Assembly (NCBI GenBank): GCA_003280965.1 | Contig: QCDI01000004.1 | Coordinates: 32,001 to 96,000, forward strand | Reading direction: 5' to 3' | DNA from: Prochlorococcus sp. AG-355-B18 | GTDB taxonomy: Bacteria; Cyanobacteriota; Cyanobacteriia; PCC-6307; Cyanobiaceae | DNA length: 64,000 nucleotides | Shown here: positions 1-11,200 of the stretch, piece by piece | How positions within the stretch are numbered: position 1 is the first letter of the stretch | Layout: every line of letters begins with the position of its first letter | The notes under the pieces: generated by a model | What the model was told of the DNA's origin: nothing | What the model saw: only the letters and a program-made list of their open reading frames with translations | The model's database searches: none | Program-made: the position numbers and the translations under genes

Positions 1-201
1 ATTTCTGAAAATTGGAATTCTTATACAAACCCTTCATGGTACGACTCGATTATTGAAGGCATACGCAGGCCTTTTGCAATTTTGTCTCTTGGACCTTCAG
101 CATTAATAAAGTCAATTAGAGAGATCCCAACTATACTTCTTATGGATTGGGCATTTAGAAAAGGTTTAATGGAATTTGGAGTCTATAAATGCAGAGGATA
201 A
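1..201 (+). CDS. 3' end of a SAM-dependent methyltransferase (MPBQ/MSBQ methyltransferase-like), truncated by window start
   Basis: Frame 1 is open from base 1 to TAA at 199-201: ISENWNSYTNPSWYDSIIEGIRRPFAILSLGPSALIKSIREIPTILLMDWAFRKGLMEFGVYKCRG. This resembles the C-terminus of cyanobacterial prenylquinol methyltransferases. Not in the ORF track. Confidence 0.65.
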   Translation: MSENWNSYTNPSWYDSIIEGIRRPFAILSLGPSALIKSIREIPTILLMDWAFRKGLMEFGVYKCRG

Positions 202-202
202 A

Positions 203-1048
203 TTAACTTAGTTCAACATTTTCAGAAAAATAATTTCCAAAATCAACGAAGTTATTGCAAAGTGGTTTTAAATGATTTTTTAATTCTCGAAGATTTGCAA
301 TATTATTTTGATTATTTATTTCTAAATCAATATAAATAATATATTCGCCTAACTCTCTTTTAGAAGGTCTAGACTCTATTTTACTCATGTTAAATCCATA
401 ATTTGCAATATGATTTATTGCTTCTAGCAAAGCACCAGGTTTATTTGAGATTAATGAGAAAGCAAAACTGGAAATATTTGCTGAATCAGAACTTAATTCT
501 TTGCTCAATAAAACAAATCTTGTGCAATTCCCTGGGACATCATTTATAGGAAAGGCTAATTCTTTAAGTCCTTTAATTTGAGTTAAAGATTTCGAACCAA
601 TAGCTGCTCTAAATTTACTTCCTTTAACCATATTGACAGCCTCTGAAGTTGAATTGGTTGGAAGAGGGATTGCATTTGGAAGATTTTCAGATAACCATTC
701 TGAACATTGAGCTAATGCTTGAGGATGAGATAGTACTTCTGAGATAATTGAGAGTTCTCCATCACTAATTAATGCATGTTTTATAGGCAAAACAATTGCT
801 TTATTGATAAAAATATCAGGAAACTTCCAAAGGGCATCTAAGGTAGCTGTAACTCCGCCTTCTACAGAATTTTCAATAGGAACTACAGCAGCATCACAAT
901 TGTTGTACGCTATTGATTTAATGACCGAATGTAACCCATTACATGGTACAAATATAGGTGAATCAAAATTGGCAAGCTTTGATAAAATATGAGCTGCTTT
1001 TTCTGCGTATGTCCCTTTAGGGCCTAAATATGCAACTTGTTTGCGCAT
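203..1048 (-). CDS. pheA: prephenate dehydratase
   Basis: AYLGPKGTY, VPIENSVEG, SHPQALAQC and NCTRF motifs, plus a C-terminal ACT domain (IESRPSK). Confidence 0.96.
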   Translation of the reverse strand: MRKQVAYLGPKGTYAEKAAHILSKLANFDSPIFVPCNGLHSVIKSIAYNNCDAAVVPIENSVEGGVTATLDALWKFPDIFINKAIVLPIKHALISDGELSIISEVLSHPQALAQCSEWLSENLPNAIPLPTNSTSEAVNMVKGSKFRAAIGSKSLTQIKGLKELAFPINDVPGNCTRFVLLSKELSSDSANISSFAFSLISNKPGALLEAINHIANYGFNMSKIESRPSKRELGEYIIYIDLEINNQNNIANLRELKNHLKPLCNNFVDFGNYFSENVELS

Positions 1049-1100
1049 GATTAATTGTAAGAAAAAAAGAGATCAAATAAGCATTGGAGGGATATAGAAA

Positions 1101-1619
1101 ATGCTATTGTCTTTTGATGCTAAACAGAAACTAAAGCTTTCTGTAACAAGAAATAAAGAATATCTTTCTAAGTATCTTTTGGAAGAAGAAAGAGTTGTTG
1201 GAGCAATGCTAGACCCCAAAAAATTATTACCTGAAGGGGAAGGTAGGTACAAGTATACAGTAACAAGTTTTAAGGTTTTCCAATTAGATATTAACCCTGT
1301 TGTTTCAATTGCGGTAGAAAATAAAGATGGAATTTTAAAAATGAGTGCTCTTGATAGTACATTAGATGGATTGGGAATGATAGATGACTTTAATCTTATT
1401 TTGAAAGCGAATTTGGAAGCAACTGATATTGGATTAGAAGGGGAGGCCCTTCTAGGGGTATCTGTAAGTCAACCCCCATTATTAAAACTAGTACCAAAGA
1501 AAATTTTAGAATCTACTGGTCATTCTGTATTAAATGGGATTTTATTGGGAATAAAGACAAGAGTTCAACAGCAATTAGTTAAAGATTTTTTGGAATGGTG
1601 TGAATTAAATAAGATTTGA
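1101..1619 (+). CDS. DUF1997-family conserved cyanobacterial protein
   Basis: 172-aa ORF with GGAGG Shine-Dalgarno upstream; C-terminal '[16 protein letters not shown]...L..IK.R....L..DF..W' pattern typical of the family. Confidence 0.7.
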   Translation: MLLSFDAKQKLKLSVTRNKEYLSKYLLEEERVVGAMLDPKKLLPEGEGRYKYTVTSFKVFQLDINPVVSIAVENKDGILKMSALDSTLDGLGMIDDFNLILKANLEATDIGLEGEALLGVSVSQPPLLKLVPKKILESTGHSVLNGILLGIKTRVQQQLVKDFLEWCELNKI

Positions 1620-2222
1620 TTTCTTTAAAAAACTTTTCCTATGAAGATTAGTTATTCCATTTTTTTTGATATTTGAAAGATGCTCTTTCGTACCATATCC
1701 TTTATTTCTAAATATTAAGTATCCTGAGTATTTTTTTTCTAAACTTTCCATTAGATTATCCCGAGATACTTTTGCAACTATGCTCGCTGCAGATATTGAG
1801 GTAAATTTCGAGTCTCCTGATACTATATTTTTTTGAATTCCGTTCCATGGTCTTAACAACAATGGTCCATCAATTAATAGTTCAGATGGTTTCTCTTTTA
1901 ATTTTTTTAAAGCTCTTATCATTGAGAGTTCAGTTGCGACTCTGATGCCGAGCTTATCTATTTCTCTAACAGAGGATTGTCCAATTCCATAATCTGTAGA
2001 AAGTGATAAAATTTTTGGGAAAAGAAAGTTTCTTTTTTTGGACGTTAATTTTTTGCTATCCATTACTCCAAATTTTTTTAGAGTAAATTTATTTTTTTCA
2101 GTTAATACTACAACTGCTGAAAAAACTGGACCAAAAATTGATCCCCTTCCAACTTCATCCATTCCGACTTCATATACTTTATTCGATACTTGCCGAAGAT
2201 CTTCTTCTTTTTTTTCTTGCAT
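1605..2222 (-). CDS. rnhB: ribonuclease HII
   Basis: [25 protein letters not shown] and KGYGT motifs; overlaps the 3' end of rne. Confidence 0.96.
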   Translation of the reverse strand: MQEKKEEDLRQVSNKVYEVGMDEVGRGSIFGPVFSAVVVLTEKNKFTLKKFGVMDSKKLTSKKRNFLFPKILSLSTDYGIGQSSVREIDKLGIRVATELSMIRALKKLKEKPSELLIDGPLLLRPWNGIQKNIVSGDSKFTSISAASIVAKVSRDNLMESLEKKYSGYLIFRNKGYGTKEHLSNIKKNGITNLHRKSFLKKSNLI

Positions 2223-4011
2223 TGTTTAGCTCATCTGTTACTTCAATTGCATCCTTCTGATTTAAAGATACAACTTCTTCATTCTCATTAGTTTTGTTTG
2301 TTGCTTCATCATTGGAATTTGTATTTTCTTCGATAGTAATGGCTATCCCTTCAAGGTCATTAGATTTTGACGTTTTTTTGACTCGTTTTCCTGTTGTTGT
2401 TTTTTTATTATCTAAAGTTTTTTCTTTTTCCTTGCTATTACTATCGTCCTTTAAATGAACAAAACTATTACTAGTTAAATATTCTTTCCCTAACTTTATT
2501 AGTGGATTAATACCTAAGTGACTGAAAACAATTTTTTCATCATTAGTAAGATCAACAGTTACTATATTTTTTTCTTTCGAATTTGATGTATTCAATTCAT
2601 CATTATCATTTTCTTTTTTAATCGAGGAATCCTCTTTACTTAAAATCTTGGTGTTAAGTAATTCCTTTTCATCATTTTTTTCCTGCTTGAAATTTGATTT
2701 AGAAGCACTTACATCTACAGATTTAATATTATTTGATTTAGAAGGCTTTTCTTCAGCATTTTTAAGTTGCAGATTAGAAATTTCAAAATTCAATTGATTT
2801 TCTACATGTCCAGTACCATTGCAGGAAGAACATTTTTTTCCGAATAATTCATATATATTTTGACCTTGTCTTTTCCTTGTTAACTCAACTAAACCTAATT
2901 CAGTAAGCTGAGCTATCTGAGGCCTAGCAGAATCATCTTTTATTGCTGAAGTAAAATGTTCAAGTAACTGGAATTGATCTCGTCTAGATTCCATATCAAT
3001 AAAATCTATTACGATAACTCCGCCAATATTTCTTAATTTCATTTGTCTTGATATTTCAATAGCTGCTTCGCAATTCGTCCACAAAACAGTCTGTCTTGAG
3101 TTAGCAGATCTTGTAAATGATCCAGAGTTTACATCAATTACTGTTAAAGCTTCTGTTGGTTCAATAATTATATAGCCTCCTGAAGGAAGTTCGACCCGCG
3201 GTTGAAGAGCTTTTTGAATTGTTTTCTTAATTTCGTATTTTTCTAAAATATGTTGGTTTAAATCATTATCATGAAATTCAATATCAACATTAGATTCATA
3301 ATTTGTTAAGAAATCTTTTGCCCTCTCAACTGACAATTTACTATCAATAACTATAGTTTTAGTGGATGATTTAATATGATCCCTTAATATCTTAAGAGCG
3401 AAATCATCATCTCTTTTGATTAAATTTGGTGGATTTAAAGTCTCAGAAACTTGTAAGATATTATCCCATTCTTGAATTAAATTTTCTAAATCTTCAATAA
3501 GTAGTTCTTCTTTAATTTTTTCTGCTTCTGTTCTAAATAGTAAACCTGTGCTAGTTGGTTTAATTAAAACCCCTAAAGCTTTTAAACGGTTTCGTTCTGT
3601 TTCTGTATTGATTTTTCTGGAGATATTTACTCCCTGGCCGTATGGCTGAAATATTAAGTACTTTCCAGGTATTGAAATGCTACCAGCAAGTCTAGGACCT
3701 TTAGATCCTGTAGGCTCCTTAATTACCTGTACAAGAACTTTTTGTTTCGGTTCTAGTAGTTCAGTTATTCCTAATGTTCCCTTCTTGAGTTTTAATGGAC
3801 CTAAATCAGATACATGGATGAATCCATTTTTATCACTCTCACCAATATTTATGAAAGCGGCATCAATGCCAGGGAGAACATTTTCAACTGTTCCCAAAAA
3901 AATATCACCAATTTGAAATTGGCCTTGTGCGACGATTAATTCATCAACTCGATCATCTGTGAGTAGTGCTGCAATTCGAGACTGCTCAGCGATGATAATT
4001 TGCTGAGACAT
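2179..4011 (-). CDS. rne: ribonuclease E (Rne/Rng family)
   Basis: S1 domain ([17 protein letters not shown]), TVIDVNSG and IVIDFIDM catalytic motifs, Zn-link CSSCNGTG, disordered C-terminus ending [12 protein letters not shown]. Confidence 0.96.
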   Translation of the reverse strand: MSQQIIIAEQSRIAALLTDDRVDELIVAQGQFQIGDIFLGTVENVLPGIDAAFINIGESDKNGFIHVSDLGPLKLKKGTLGITELLEPKQKVLVQVIKEPTGSKGPRLAGSISIPGKYLIFQPYGQGVNISRKINTETERNRLKALGVLIKPTSTGLLFRTEAEKIKEELLIEDLENLIQEWDNILQVSETLNPPNLIKRDDDFALKILRDHIKSSTKTIVIDSKLSVERAKDFLTNYESNVDIEFHDNDLNQHILEKYEIKKTIQKALQPRVELPSGGYIIIEPTEALTVIDVNSGSFTRSANSRQTVLWTNCEAAIEISRQMKLRNIGGVIVIDFIDMESRRDQFQLLEHFTSAIKDDSARPQIAQLTELGLVELTRKRQGQNIYELFGKKCSSCNGTGHVENQLNFEISNLQLKNAEEKPSKSNNIKSVDVSASKSNFKQEKNDEKELLNTKILSKEDSSIKKENDNDELNTSNSKEKNIVTVDLTNDEKIVFSHLGINPLIKLGKEYLTSNSFVHLKDDSNSKEKEKTLDNKKTTTGKRVKKTSKSNDLEGIAITIEENTNSNDEATNKTNENEEVVSLNQKDAIEVTDELNNARKKRRRSSASIE

Positions 4012-4209
4012 ATAATTGATTCTGTATGATTTGGATTTTGAAAATCATCTAAAGTAAACAATTAGATTTTTATCTTTAAATAAATCAAATTTTGATAGCT
4101 TGTATTATGTACTTTTTAAAATTAATAAACTTAATAAAGTTAATAGTGATTGAATCCTACTATTTATAAAGCTTTAAACGATTTTCGAAATAATTGAAAT
4201 TGAATTCAT

Positions 4210-4256
4210 AGCTATGATTATCTCTAAAATTAATCATAACTAAGATAATTTTACCA
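4210..4256 (-). promoter_or_regulatory. predicted rne promoter (extended -10) followed by a 5'-terminal leader hairpin
   Basis: The minus strand reads TG-G-TAAAAT (4256-4248). The predicted +1 near A4241 begins an 11-bp stem AGTTATGATTA/TAATCATAGCT with one G-U pair. Confidence 0.55.
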
Positions 4257-4316
4257 TCTAATCACCACTAAAGCACGTTAATCAATTATTCTAATATTGG
4301 TGAGATTTTTTCTAAA

Positions 4317-5543
4317 GTGGTTCAAGTAAACGAAAATTATTTAAAACTCAAAGCAGGCTATTTATTCCCTGAAATTGCTAAAAGGGTAAAAATATATTCT
4401 CAATCAAATAAGAGTGCTGAAATTATTAAACTTGGTATAGGAGATGTTACAGAACCATTACCTAGAGCATGCATAGAGGCTATGGGCAAAGCTCTTAATG
4501 ATATGGGAACAATAGAAGGTTTTAGGGGTTATGGACCAGAACAAGGTTATTCTTGGCTCAGAGAAAAAATATCTGAGCATGATTTTATTTCGAGAGGCTG
4601 TCAAATATCACCTGAAGAAATCTTTGTTTCAGATGGCTCTAAATGCGATAGTAGCAATATATTAGATATTCTTGGCAAAGATAATTCAATTGCTGTAACA
4701 GATCCTGTTTACCCTGTATATGTGGATAGTAATGTTATGACGGGCAGAACTGGAGATGCGCTTGAAAATGGTACTTATCAAGGATTGACATATCTTGCGA
4801 TAAACGAGGGGAATAACTTTTTGCCAGAACTACCTGAAAAAAAAGTTGATATTTTATATCTTTGTTTTCCTAATAATCCAACTGGAGCAACGATTACGAA
4901 AGAAGAATTAAAAAAGTGGGTTGACTACGCTCTTGAAAATAAATCTCTAATACTTTTTGATGCAGCGTATGAAGCATTTATTCAAGATAATGATATTCCA
5001 CATTCAATATATGAGATTCAGGGGGCAAAGGATTGTGCTATTGAATTTAGATCTTTTTCAAAGAATGCAGGATTCACTGGAGTTAGATGTGCCTTTACAG
5101 TAATACCTAAAAACCTTAAAGGTTTGAGCTCAACAAATGAAGAAATAGACTTATGGCCTCTTTGGAATAGGCGACAATCTACAAAGTTTAATGGAGTAAG
5201 TTATGTGGTTCAGAAAGGAGCCGAGGCTGTTTATTCTCTTGAAGGGAAGAAAGAGGTAAGAGGTTTAATTGATTTTTACATGGAAAATGCAAAAATCATG
5301 AAAAATAAACTTCAGACTGCAGGATATAAAGTTTATGGTGGGGAAAATGCTCCTTATATCTGGATTAAAGTTCCTGATCAAATGACATCTTGGGATTTTT
5401 TTGATTTCCTTCTCCAAAAAGTCAGTGTCGTGGGCACACCTGGGAGCGGATTTGGATTATCAGGAGAAGGTTATTTCCGTTTGTCAGCATTTAACTCAAG
5501 ATCAAACGTCATTGATGCAATGCAAAGAATAATTAATATATAA
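4317..5543 (+). CDS. dapL: LL-diaminopimelate aminotransferase
   Basis: N-terminal YLFPEI and [18 protein letters not shown]-lysine motif [15 protein letters not shown] start. Confidence 0.95.
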   Translation: MVQVNENYLKLKAGYLFPEIAKRVKIYSQSNKSAEIIKLGIGDVTEPLPRACIEAMGKALNDMGTIEGFRGYGPEQGYSWLREKISEHDFISRGCQISPEEIFVSDGSKCDSSNILDILGKDNSIAVTDPVYPVYVDSNVMTGRTGDALENGTYQGLTYLAINEGNNFLPELPEKKVDILYLCFPNNPTGATITKEELKKWVDYALENKSLILFDAAYEAFIQDNDIPHSIYEIQGAKDCAIEFRSFSKNAGFTGVRCAFTVIPKNLKGLSSTNEEIDLWPLWNRRQSTKFNGVSYVVQKGAEAVYSLEGKKEVRGLIDFYMENAKIMKNKLQTAGYKVYGGENAPYIWIKVPDQMTSWDFFDFLLQKVSVVGTPGSGFGLSGEGYFRLSAFNSRSNVIDAMQRIINI

Positions 5544-5575
5544 TCATAAGTATCATTTAGTTCCAAGTAAATTTA

Positions 5576-5893
5576 ATGTTATCTATAAAGTTAGAACAAA
5601 GTGTAAGTAATAATTCGGCAGTGCTTGAAAAGAAACCTGCTGAATTAAAAAATAAATCTCCAAAATATAAGGTTTTACTTCATAATGACCCAGTTAATTC
5701 TATGGAGTATGTCGCTATTTCACTACGAGAAGTTGTGCCGCAGTTAAGCGAACAAGATGCTATCGCCATAATGCTTGAGGCTCACAATACTGGTGTAGGT
5801 TTGGTAATTGTTTGTGATTTAGAGCCAGCAGAATTCTACTCAGAATCTTTAAAATCGAAAGGAATTTCTAGTTCAATTGAAAAAGAAGATTAA
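5576..5893 (+). CDS. clpS: ATP-dependent Clp protease adaptor ClpS
   Basis: YKVLLHNDPVNSMEYV and MLEAHNTG motifs. Confidence 0.95.
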   Translation: MLSIKLEQSVSNNSAVLEKKPAELKNKSPKYKVLLHNDPVNSMEYVAISLREVVPQLSEQDAIAIMLEAHNTGVGLVIVCDLEPAEFYSESLKSKGISSSIEKED

Positions 5894-5908
5894 AAACTAG
5901 TGAATTTA

Positions 5909-7555
5909 TTATTTAGAATGAGCTAGTTTCCTTTCTGATAAGGGGCGGACTTTTAATGACTCTTTTAAGGAAGACTTTCCATATTCTCTCTCAAGAATGT
6001 TGATAACTGTTTTACCGAATTCATCTTCTTGATTATCAAAAGCTTCTAAGCAAACCTGACCAAGCTTTTTGCCTAATGAGCCTGGATTCCATAGAAGTTT
6101 TCGCGCTGTCCATGGCATCATGCTCATTGGATTATAATTCGGCTTCAAAATTTTATGATCTAAGGCATACTGCTCAAGAAGAGTGTGAGGCTGCAAACCT
6201 ATAAAGAATATAGCAGGATCAACTAAGCCTTTACCAAAAATATTTTCTAATTCTCTATGGTAAGCAATTGTTTGTCTTATGGTGCTTGGCGTTTCATCAA
6301 AAACATTAAATGAATAATTGACTGAAACATGGTTCTTGAAACCCGATTGGACTAGCATTCTGCAATTATTTAATACAGTTTCAAGGTCATAAGCTAATCT
6401 CATTTTTCTAACAAGTTCTTGAGATCCGGAAGTGATACCGATTTCAAAATAGCTCATACCTGTATCAACCATAAGCTGAGCTAGCTCAGCATCAATATTA
6501 TCTGCTCTGATGTATGCAGCCCAATTAATATCGTCCCAGCCTTGATCCTTTATAGCTTGCAAAAGTGTCTTTGCATCTTCGATGTGTTTTTTTGTTGGAA
6601 TAAACTGCGCATCTGTAAACCAAAATCCTCTAACTCCAAGATCATATAATTGCTTCATTTCCTTGATTACTTCGTTAACAGGATTGACGCGAACCTGCTT
6701 CCCTTCCACAACCGTATAAACACAGAAACAACAATTATGTGGACAACCTCTTTTTGTTTGCACCCCTACATAGTAGTCGCCACCATCTATATACCAATTA
6801 AATTCAGGCCATATTGATTTAATATATTTATAGTTGCAGGCTGTTTTAACAGTGCCTGAAGGTTGTTCATGTATTAATTTGTTCCGAGGTTTTTGTCCAG
6901 CAAAATAACATCTTTCTTCTTCAATAGAATCACCCCTAATGATTTTCTCTATGAGATTTTCTCCCTCACCAACAGAAATGACAGTTCCTTTTGGAAGTAG
7001 ATTTCCTAATTGTTCATAAAAGACACTAACAGCTCCCCCTCCTAAAATTACTTTTACATCTTTGTTGTATTTTTGTGCTCTTTTGAGTCCCATCTTGACT
7101 AAAGAGGTATTTCTATATATCTCTCCATAATGAGATGCAATTAATTTTAAACCTCCCCAAGATCCTCTAATTTTTTTAAAGATATTTTTTGAGTAGAAAA
7201 CCTCAAATGAGTTTTGTAGGGGATTTCCGCTTCTACCATCGACTGGTGCATAAATTTGTATGTCTCTCCATGAAAATATTATTAGGTGAGGTCTAAATTG
7301 ATCAATTTTTCTAGTTAAAATTTTGGTGATTTTATTAGATGGGATTATCGCTAAATCAATAAATTGTTGTTCAATATTTGGGAAACATTTATGGATATGG
7401 TCTGCTAAGTAAATAGGTCCTATAGGAAATATTGGATTGCATGGAAGCCTTACAATAAGAATTTTCTCATAGTTATCCCTGTGGAGTTTTTCTTTATTTA
7501 TTTTTGTGAAACCAAAATTAAAATTCATGCTATGAAATTCAGATGAATCTGTCAC
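5909..7555 (-). CDS. B12-binding radical SAM protein (cyanobacterial PSII high-light acclimation type)
   Basis: RLPCNPIFPIGPIYLADH N-terminus, LGGGAVS and GEGE, CxxxCxxC motif RGCPHNCCFC. The start may be an ATG a few codons downstream. Confidence 0.85.
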   Translation of the reverse strand: MTDSSEFHSMNFNFGFTKINKEKLHRDNYEKILIVRLPCNPIFPIGPIYLADHIHKCFPNIEQQFIDLAIIPSNKITKILTRKIDQFRPHLIIFSWRDIQIYAPVDGRSGNPLQNSFEVFYSKNIFKKIRGSWGGLKLIASHYGEIYRNTSLVKMGLKRAQKYNKDVKVILGGGAVSVFYEQLGNLLPKGTVISVGEGENLIEKIIRGDSIEEERCYFAGQKPRNKLIHEQPSGTVKTACNYKYIKSIWPEFNWYIDGGDYYVGVQTKRGCPHNCCFCVYTVVEGKQVRVNPVNEVIKEMKQLYDLGVRGFWFTDAQFIPTKKHIEDAKTLLQAIKDQGWDDINWAAYIRADNIDAELAQLMVDTGMSYFEIGITSGSQELVRKMRLAYDLETVLNNCRMLVQSGFKNHVSVNYSFNVFDETPSTIRQTIAYHRELENIFGKGLVDPAIFFIGLQPHTLLEQYALDHKILKPNYNPMSMMPWTARKLLWNPGSLGKKLGQVCLEAFDNQEDEFGKTVINILEREYGKSSLKESLKVRPLSERKLAHSK

Positions 7556-7836
7556 TTTAAGAATCTAACTACTTTATTACTAATTTGTCGAAATTAAAAA
7601 TATTAAAAAAATACTAATAAAAATTTTTCAAATTTCAAACATCAGAAATTATATAAAGACTGTAATTGTTAGTAGTTTTAATTTGTAAATCCATTTAGCT
7701 GGCAAGACATAAACCCTTCATCAAAAAAATTTAAATACTTTTATAAAATAGAATTTTGGGGTACTAAAAAATCTTTAAAAAATATTTTAGTTGCGAAACT
7801 CTAGCAATAATTCTTGTTTTTAATATGCTTTTGAAA

Positions 7837-7908
7837 TGCCGATAATTGGAATTGAACCAACGACCTACTGTTTACGAGACAGTTGCTCTACCGCTGAGCT
7901 ATATCGGC
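7837..7908 (-). tRNA. tRNA-Thr(CGT)
   Basis: The reverse complement GCCGATATAGCTCAGCGGTAGAGCAACTGTCTCGTAAACAGTAGGTCGTTGGTTCAATTCCAATTATCGGCA folds as a cloverleaf. Anticodon stem ACTGT/ACAGT, loop CTCGTAA, T-loop GGTTCAA; CCA not encoded. Confidence 0.96.
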
Positions 7909-7951
7909 AATATAAAAATATTGATATTTTCATATAGACTTAATCTTATAG

Positions 7952-8203
7952 ATGAAAGAATTCATGTCAAAAATAGATCCTGAATTAAAAAAGAAACTAT
8001 TAAAAGAATCCCAAGCTCCTTTTAAGGGATTAAGAAAAATATTATGGATAGCTTTTAGTGGTTCGGCATTTTTGGGACTTTTTATAATGCTTTCAAAAAT
8101 TGCGAGTGGAAGTGAATTACAGCAAAATAACCTCCTAATACAAATTGTTGCTTGTATATTATTTCCTACTTTATTATTCCTTGACCGGGATAAAGATCTA
8201 TAA
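7952..8203 (+). CDS. DUF3493-family small membrane protein
   Basis: 'L..E..APF.GLR...W.AF..SA' pattern with two hydrophobic segments; alternative ATG at 7964. Confidence 0.7.
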   Translation: MKEFMSKIDPELKKKLLKESQAPFKGLRKILWIAFSGSAFLGLFIMLSKIASGSELQQNNLLIQIVACILFPTLLFLDRDKDL

Positions 8204-8210
8204 GTTAAAT

Positions 8211-8247
8211 ATTTAATTATTTAATTATTTAATTATTTAATTATTTA
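8211..8247. repeat. tandem repeat (ATTTAATT) x4.6
   Basis: atttaatt atttaatt atttaatt atttaatt attta read directly; it includes the infB stop codon. Confidence 0.85.
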
Positions 8248-11200
8248 GTTAAAGTCCTTTTTTGAGTGACAAATTTGAATGCTTCGATTATGTCTCCTTC
8301 ATTCCAAGACGAGAATTTATCACAGCCAACTCCACATTCAAACCCTGTATTTACTTCTTTCACATCATCTTTAGACCTTTTAAGAGAGTCTAGATTACCT
8401 TCGAAAATTACTTTATCTGATCTAATAACTCTAAGAGAACAATTTCTTTGTAATTTGCCAGTTTGTATATAACAACCTGCAATAGCACCTTTGCCAACTG
8501 CGAAAGTTGCTCGAACTTCCGCTTTACCTAATGATTCTTCGACAAGATCGGGTTCAAGTAGCCCTTCCATGGCCAACTGAATATCCTCTAAGAGTTTATA
8601 GATTACTTCATATTCTCTTATATCAACGTCATTAGCATCAGCTGCTCTCTTCGCTCCAGAAGCCAATGAGGTGTTAAATCCAATGATTACCGATCCAGAT
8701 GCAGCAGCAAGATCGATATCTGTCTCAGTTATTTCACCTGGAGCAGAAAGTAGGACTCTTACTTGAACCTCATTTTTTGGTAATTGTTCTAGTGATCCTA
8801 ATATCGCTTCAACACTACCTTGAACATCTGCCTTGAGAATTAAGTTTAACTCTTTAAGTTCTCCATCATTTGCTTGAGTTGATAAGGATGATAAGCTGAC
8901 TCTTCTAGAGGCCATTTGCTGAGCTAATTTTGTCGCTCTAGCATCTGTTGCCCTATCTCCGACAATGGCTCGACCAGTTTTCTCATCAGGGTAGACTTCG
9001 AATTCATCCCCTGCAGTTGGTACTTCACTGAATCCTAGCGCTTCCACTGGGAATGATGGCCCTGCTTCTTTGATTCTATTACCATGTTCATCAACCATCG
9101 CTCTAATTTTTCCAAGGACTGAACCCGCAGCTAAAACATCTCCAGATTTCAAGGTTCCATTTTGTACTAACAAAGTAGCCACAGGTCCTTTTGCTTTGTC
9201 TAGGTGGGCTTCAATAACAGTACCTTTTGCAAATCTATCAGGGTTAGCTTGTAGATCTTCAACTTCTGACACTAACAAAATCATTTCTAGCAATTTTTCG
9301 ATATTTTGTTTTTTAATTGCACTCACTGGAACCATCACAGTATCTCCTCCCCAATCTTCAGCAATTAAATCTTTTTCTGATAGTTCTTGCTTTACTCTCT
9401 CTGGAGATGCTCCTTCTTTATCAATTTTATTTATTGCAACGACAATTGGTACTTTTGCTGCTCTTGCATGACTAATGGCCTCAAGCGTTTGAGGTCTGCA
9501 ACCATCATCTGCAGCAACTACAAGAACAGCTACGTCAGTAACCTTTGTACCCCTTGCTCTCATTGCAGTAAAGGCTTCATGCCCAGGGGTATCAAGAAAA
9601 GTTAATTTTTTCTTTTGAGATTCATGTTCAAATTCAACTTGATAAGCCCCTATGTGTTGAGTGATGCCTCCTGCTTCTCCTGAAGCTACTCTTGATTCTC
9701 TGATGGAATCTAAAAGACTTGTTTTGCCATGATCTACATGACCCATCACTGTAATAACTGGTGGTCTTCTTATTAGATTATCAATATCATCAGATTCAAT
9801 CATATCAACTGTTTTCTCAGCAGCTTCTTGGATATCATCTTGTAAAACAGGCACCCCAAATTCTTCTGCTACTGTTTCGATAGTTGCTAAGTCAAGTGAT
9901 TGAGTAACAGTTGCCGTTATACCTTTGAAGAAAAGAGATTTTATTATTTCAGAACTTTCAAGGCTTAATTTATCAGCTAATTCTTGAACAGTTAAATTAT
10001 CTTCTGGAACTATTATCATTTCAGGTCTTACTTGTTTAGCCTCTTTGGCAGCCTTTAATTCCATTGCTCTCCTTTTCTGCCTTTGTCTTGTGGTCTCTTT
10101 TTTCTTCTTCTTAAATTGTTTGATAGATTTTTGAGATTTAGTTTCTTCAGACTTTTCTTTCTTAGGACGCGCCAGACTTGCTGATAAAATTGAAATTTTC
10201 TCGCCTGAGTATCCACTGGTTTCAGATGTTAATGAATCATCATTTTCACCAATAATATGAACTTTCTGCCTTTGTTTTTGAGGATTTTTACTTCTTAATG
10301 CTTCAAGTTTTGCGCTATCATCCCAGTCTGTCTTCCCAGGTTTCTTTGAACTATTTGAAAATGCTCTATGAGGAGGTTTTTTGGAACTTGGAGTAGCATT
10401 TGGACGACTATTAGGAGCTTTCACCTTCTGCTTAGGTGCATCGATATTTTGTATTGCGTTATTGTTTTTACCTAGGTTGTCTTTCTCAGAGTTACTATTT
10501 TTTTGAAGCTGCAAAAGTTCATTAGGTGATACTGGCTTCCTTATGCCAGAAGAATTTTGGCCATTGAATTTAGAACTAGGCCTATTATTGGGCATGCCAG
10601 GTCTGTTGGGAGAACCAGTTCTATTGGGATTGCCTTGCCTATTAAATGAGCCAGGTCTGCCTTGATCTGAAGGTTTGTTTCTTAAACCAGGCCTATTATT
10701 GGGCATACTAGGTCTGTTGGGAGAACCAGGTCTATTGGGATTGCCTTGCCTATTAAATGAGCCAGGTCTGCCTTGATCTGAAGGTTTGTTTCTTAAACCA
10801 GGCCTATTGGGCATGCCAGGTCTATTGGAAGAACCAGATCTGTTGGAGGGAGTTTGATTAAAAGAAATATTTTGCTTATTATTTTGCTTAAGAGAGTCCT
10901 CTCTTCTTATCGGAGCTCCTACTAACTCAGGGGTGTTTGGTCTATTATTATTTTTTAATTTAGGTTTGTTCGTATTTTTATCAGGTTTGTTTGATAGTGT
11001 TCTTTTGTTCCCTGAATCGTAGATTTTTCTGGAAGATTCATTAGATTTAACATTATTATTTATATTTTTAGGCTTTGCAATTAGTTGAATAGGAGGTTTT
11101 GCCGGACTTTTGATAGGTGGGGTTGCGCTAATTAGCGAAGTTTTTTTATCTTGGTTGATATTTTGTAAAGGATTAGTATTAATATTTTGTTTCTTAAGGT

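Noticed and set aside
7556..7951. tRNA-Thr as a possible integration site for an island or mobile element
   Set aside because: No integrase, no duplicated tRNA 3' end seen, and core genes flank both sides; the site appears empty.
10578..10830. infB repeat as a possible CRISPR array
   Set aside because: The copies are contiguous and in frame inside a CDS, with no unique spacers and no cas genes in the window.
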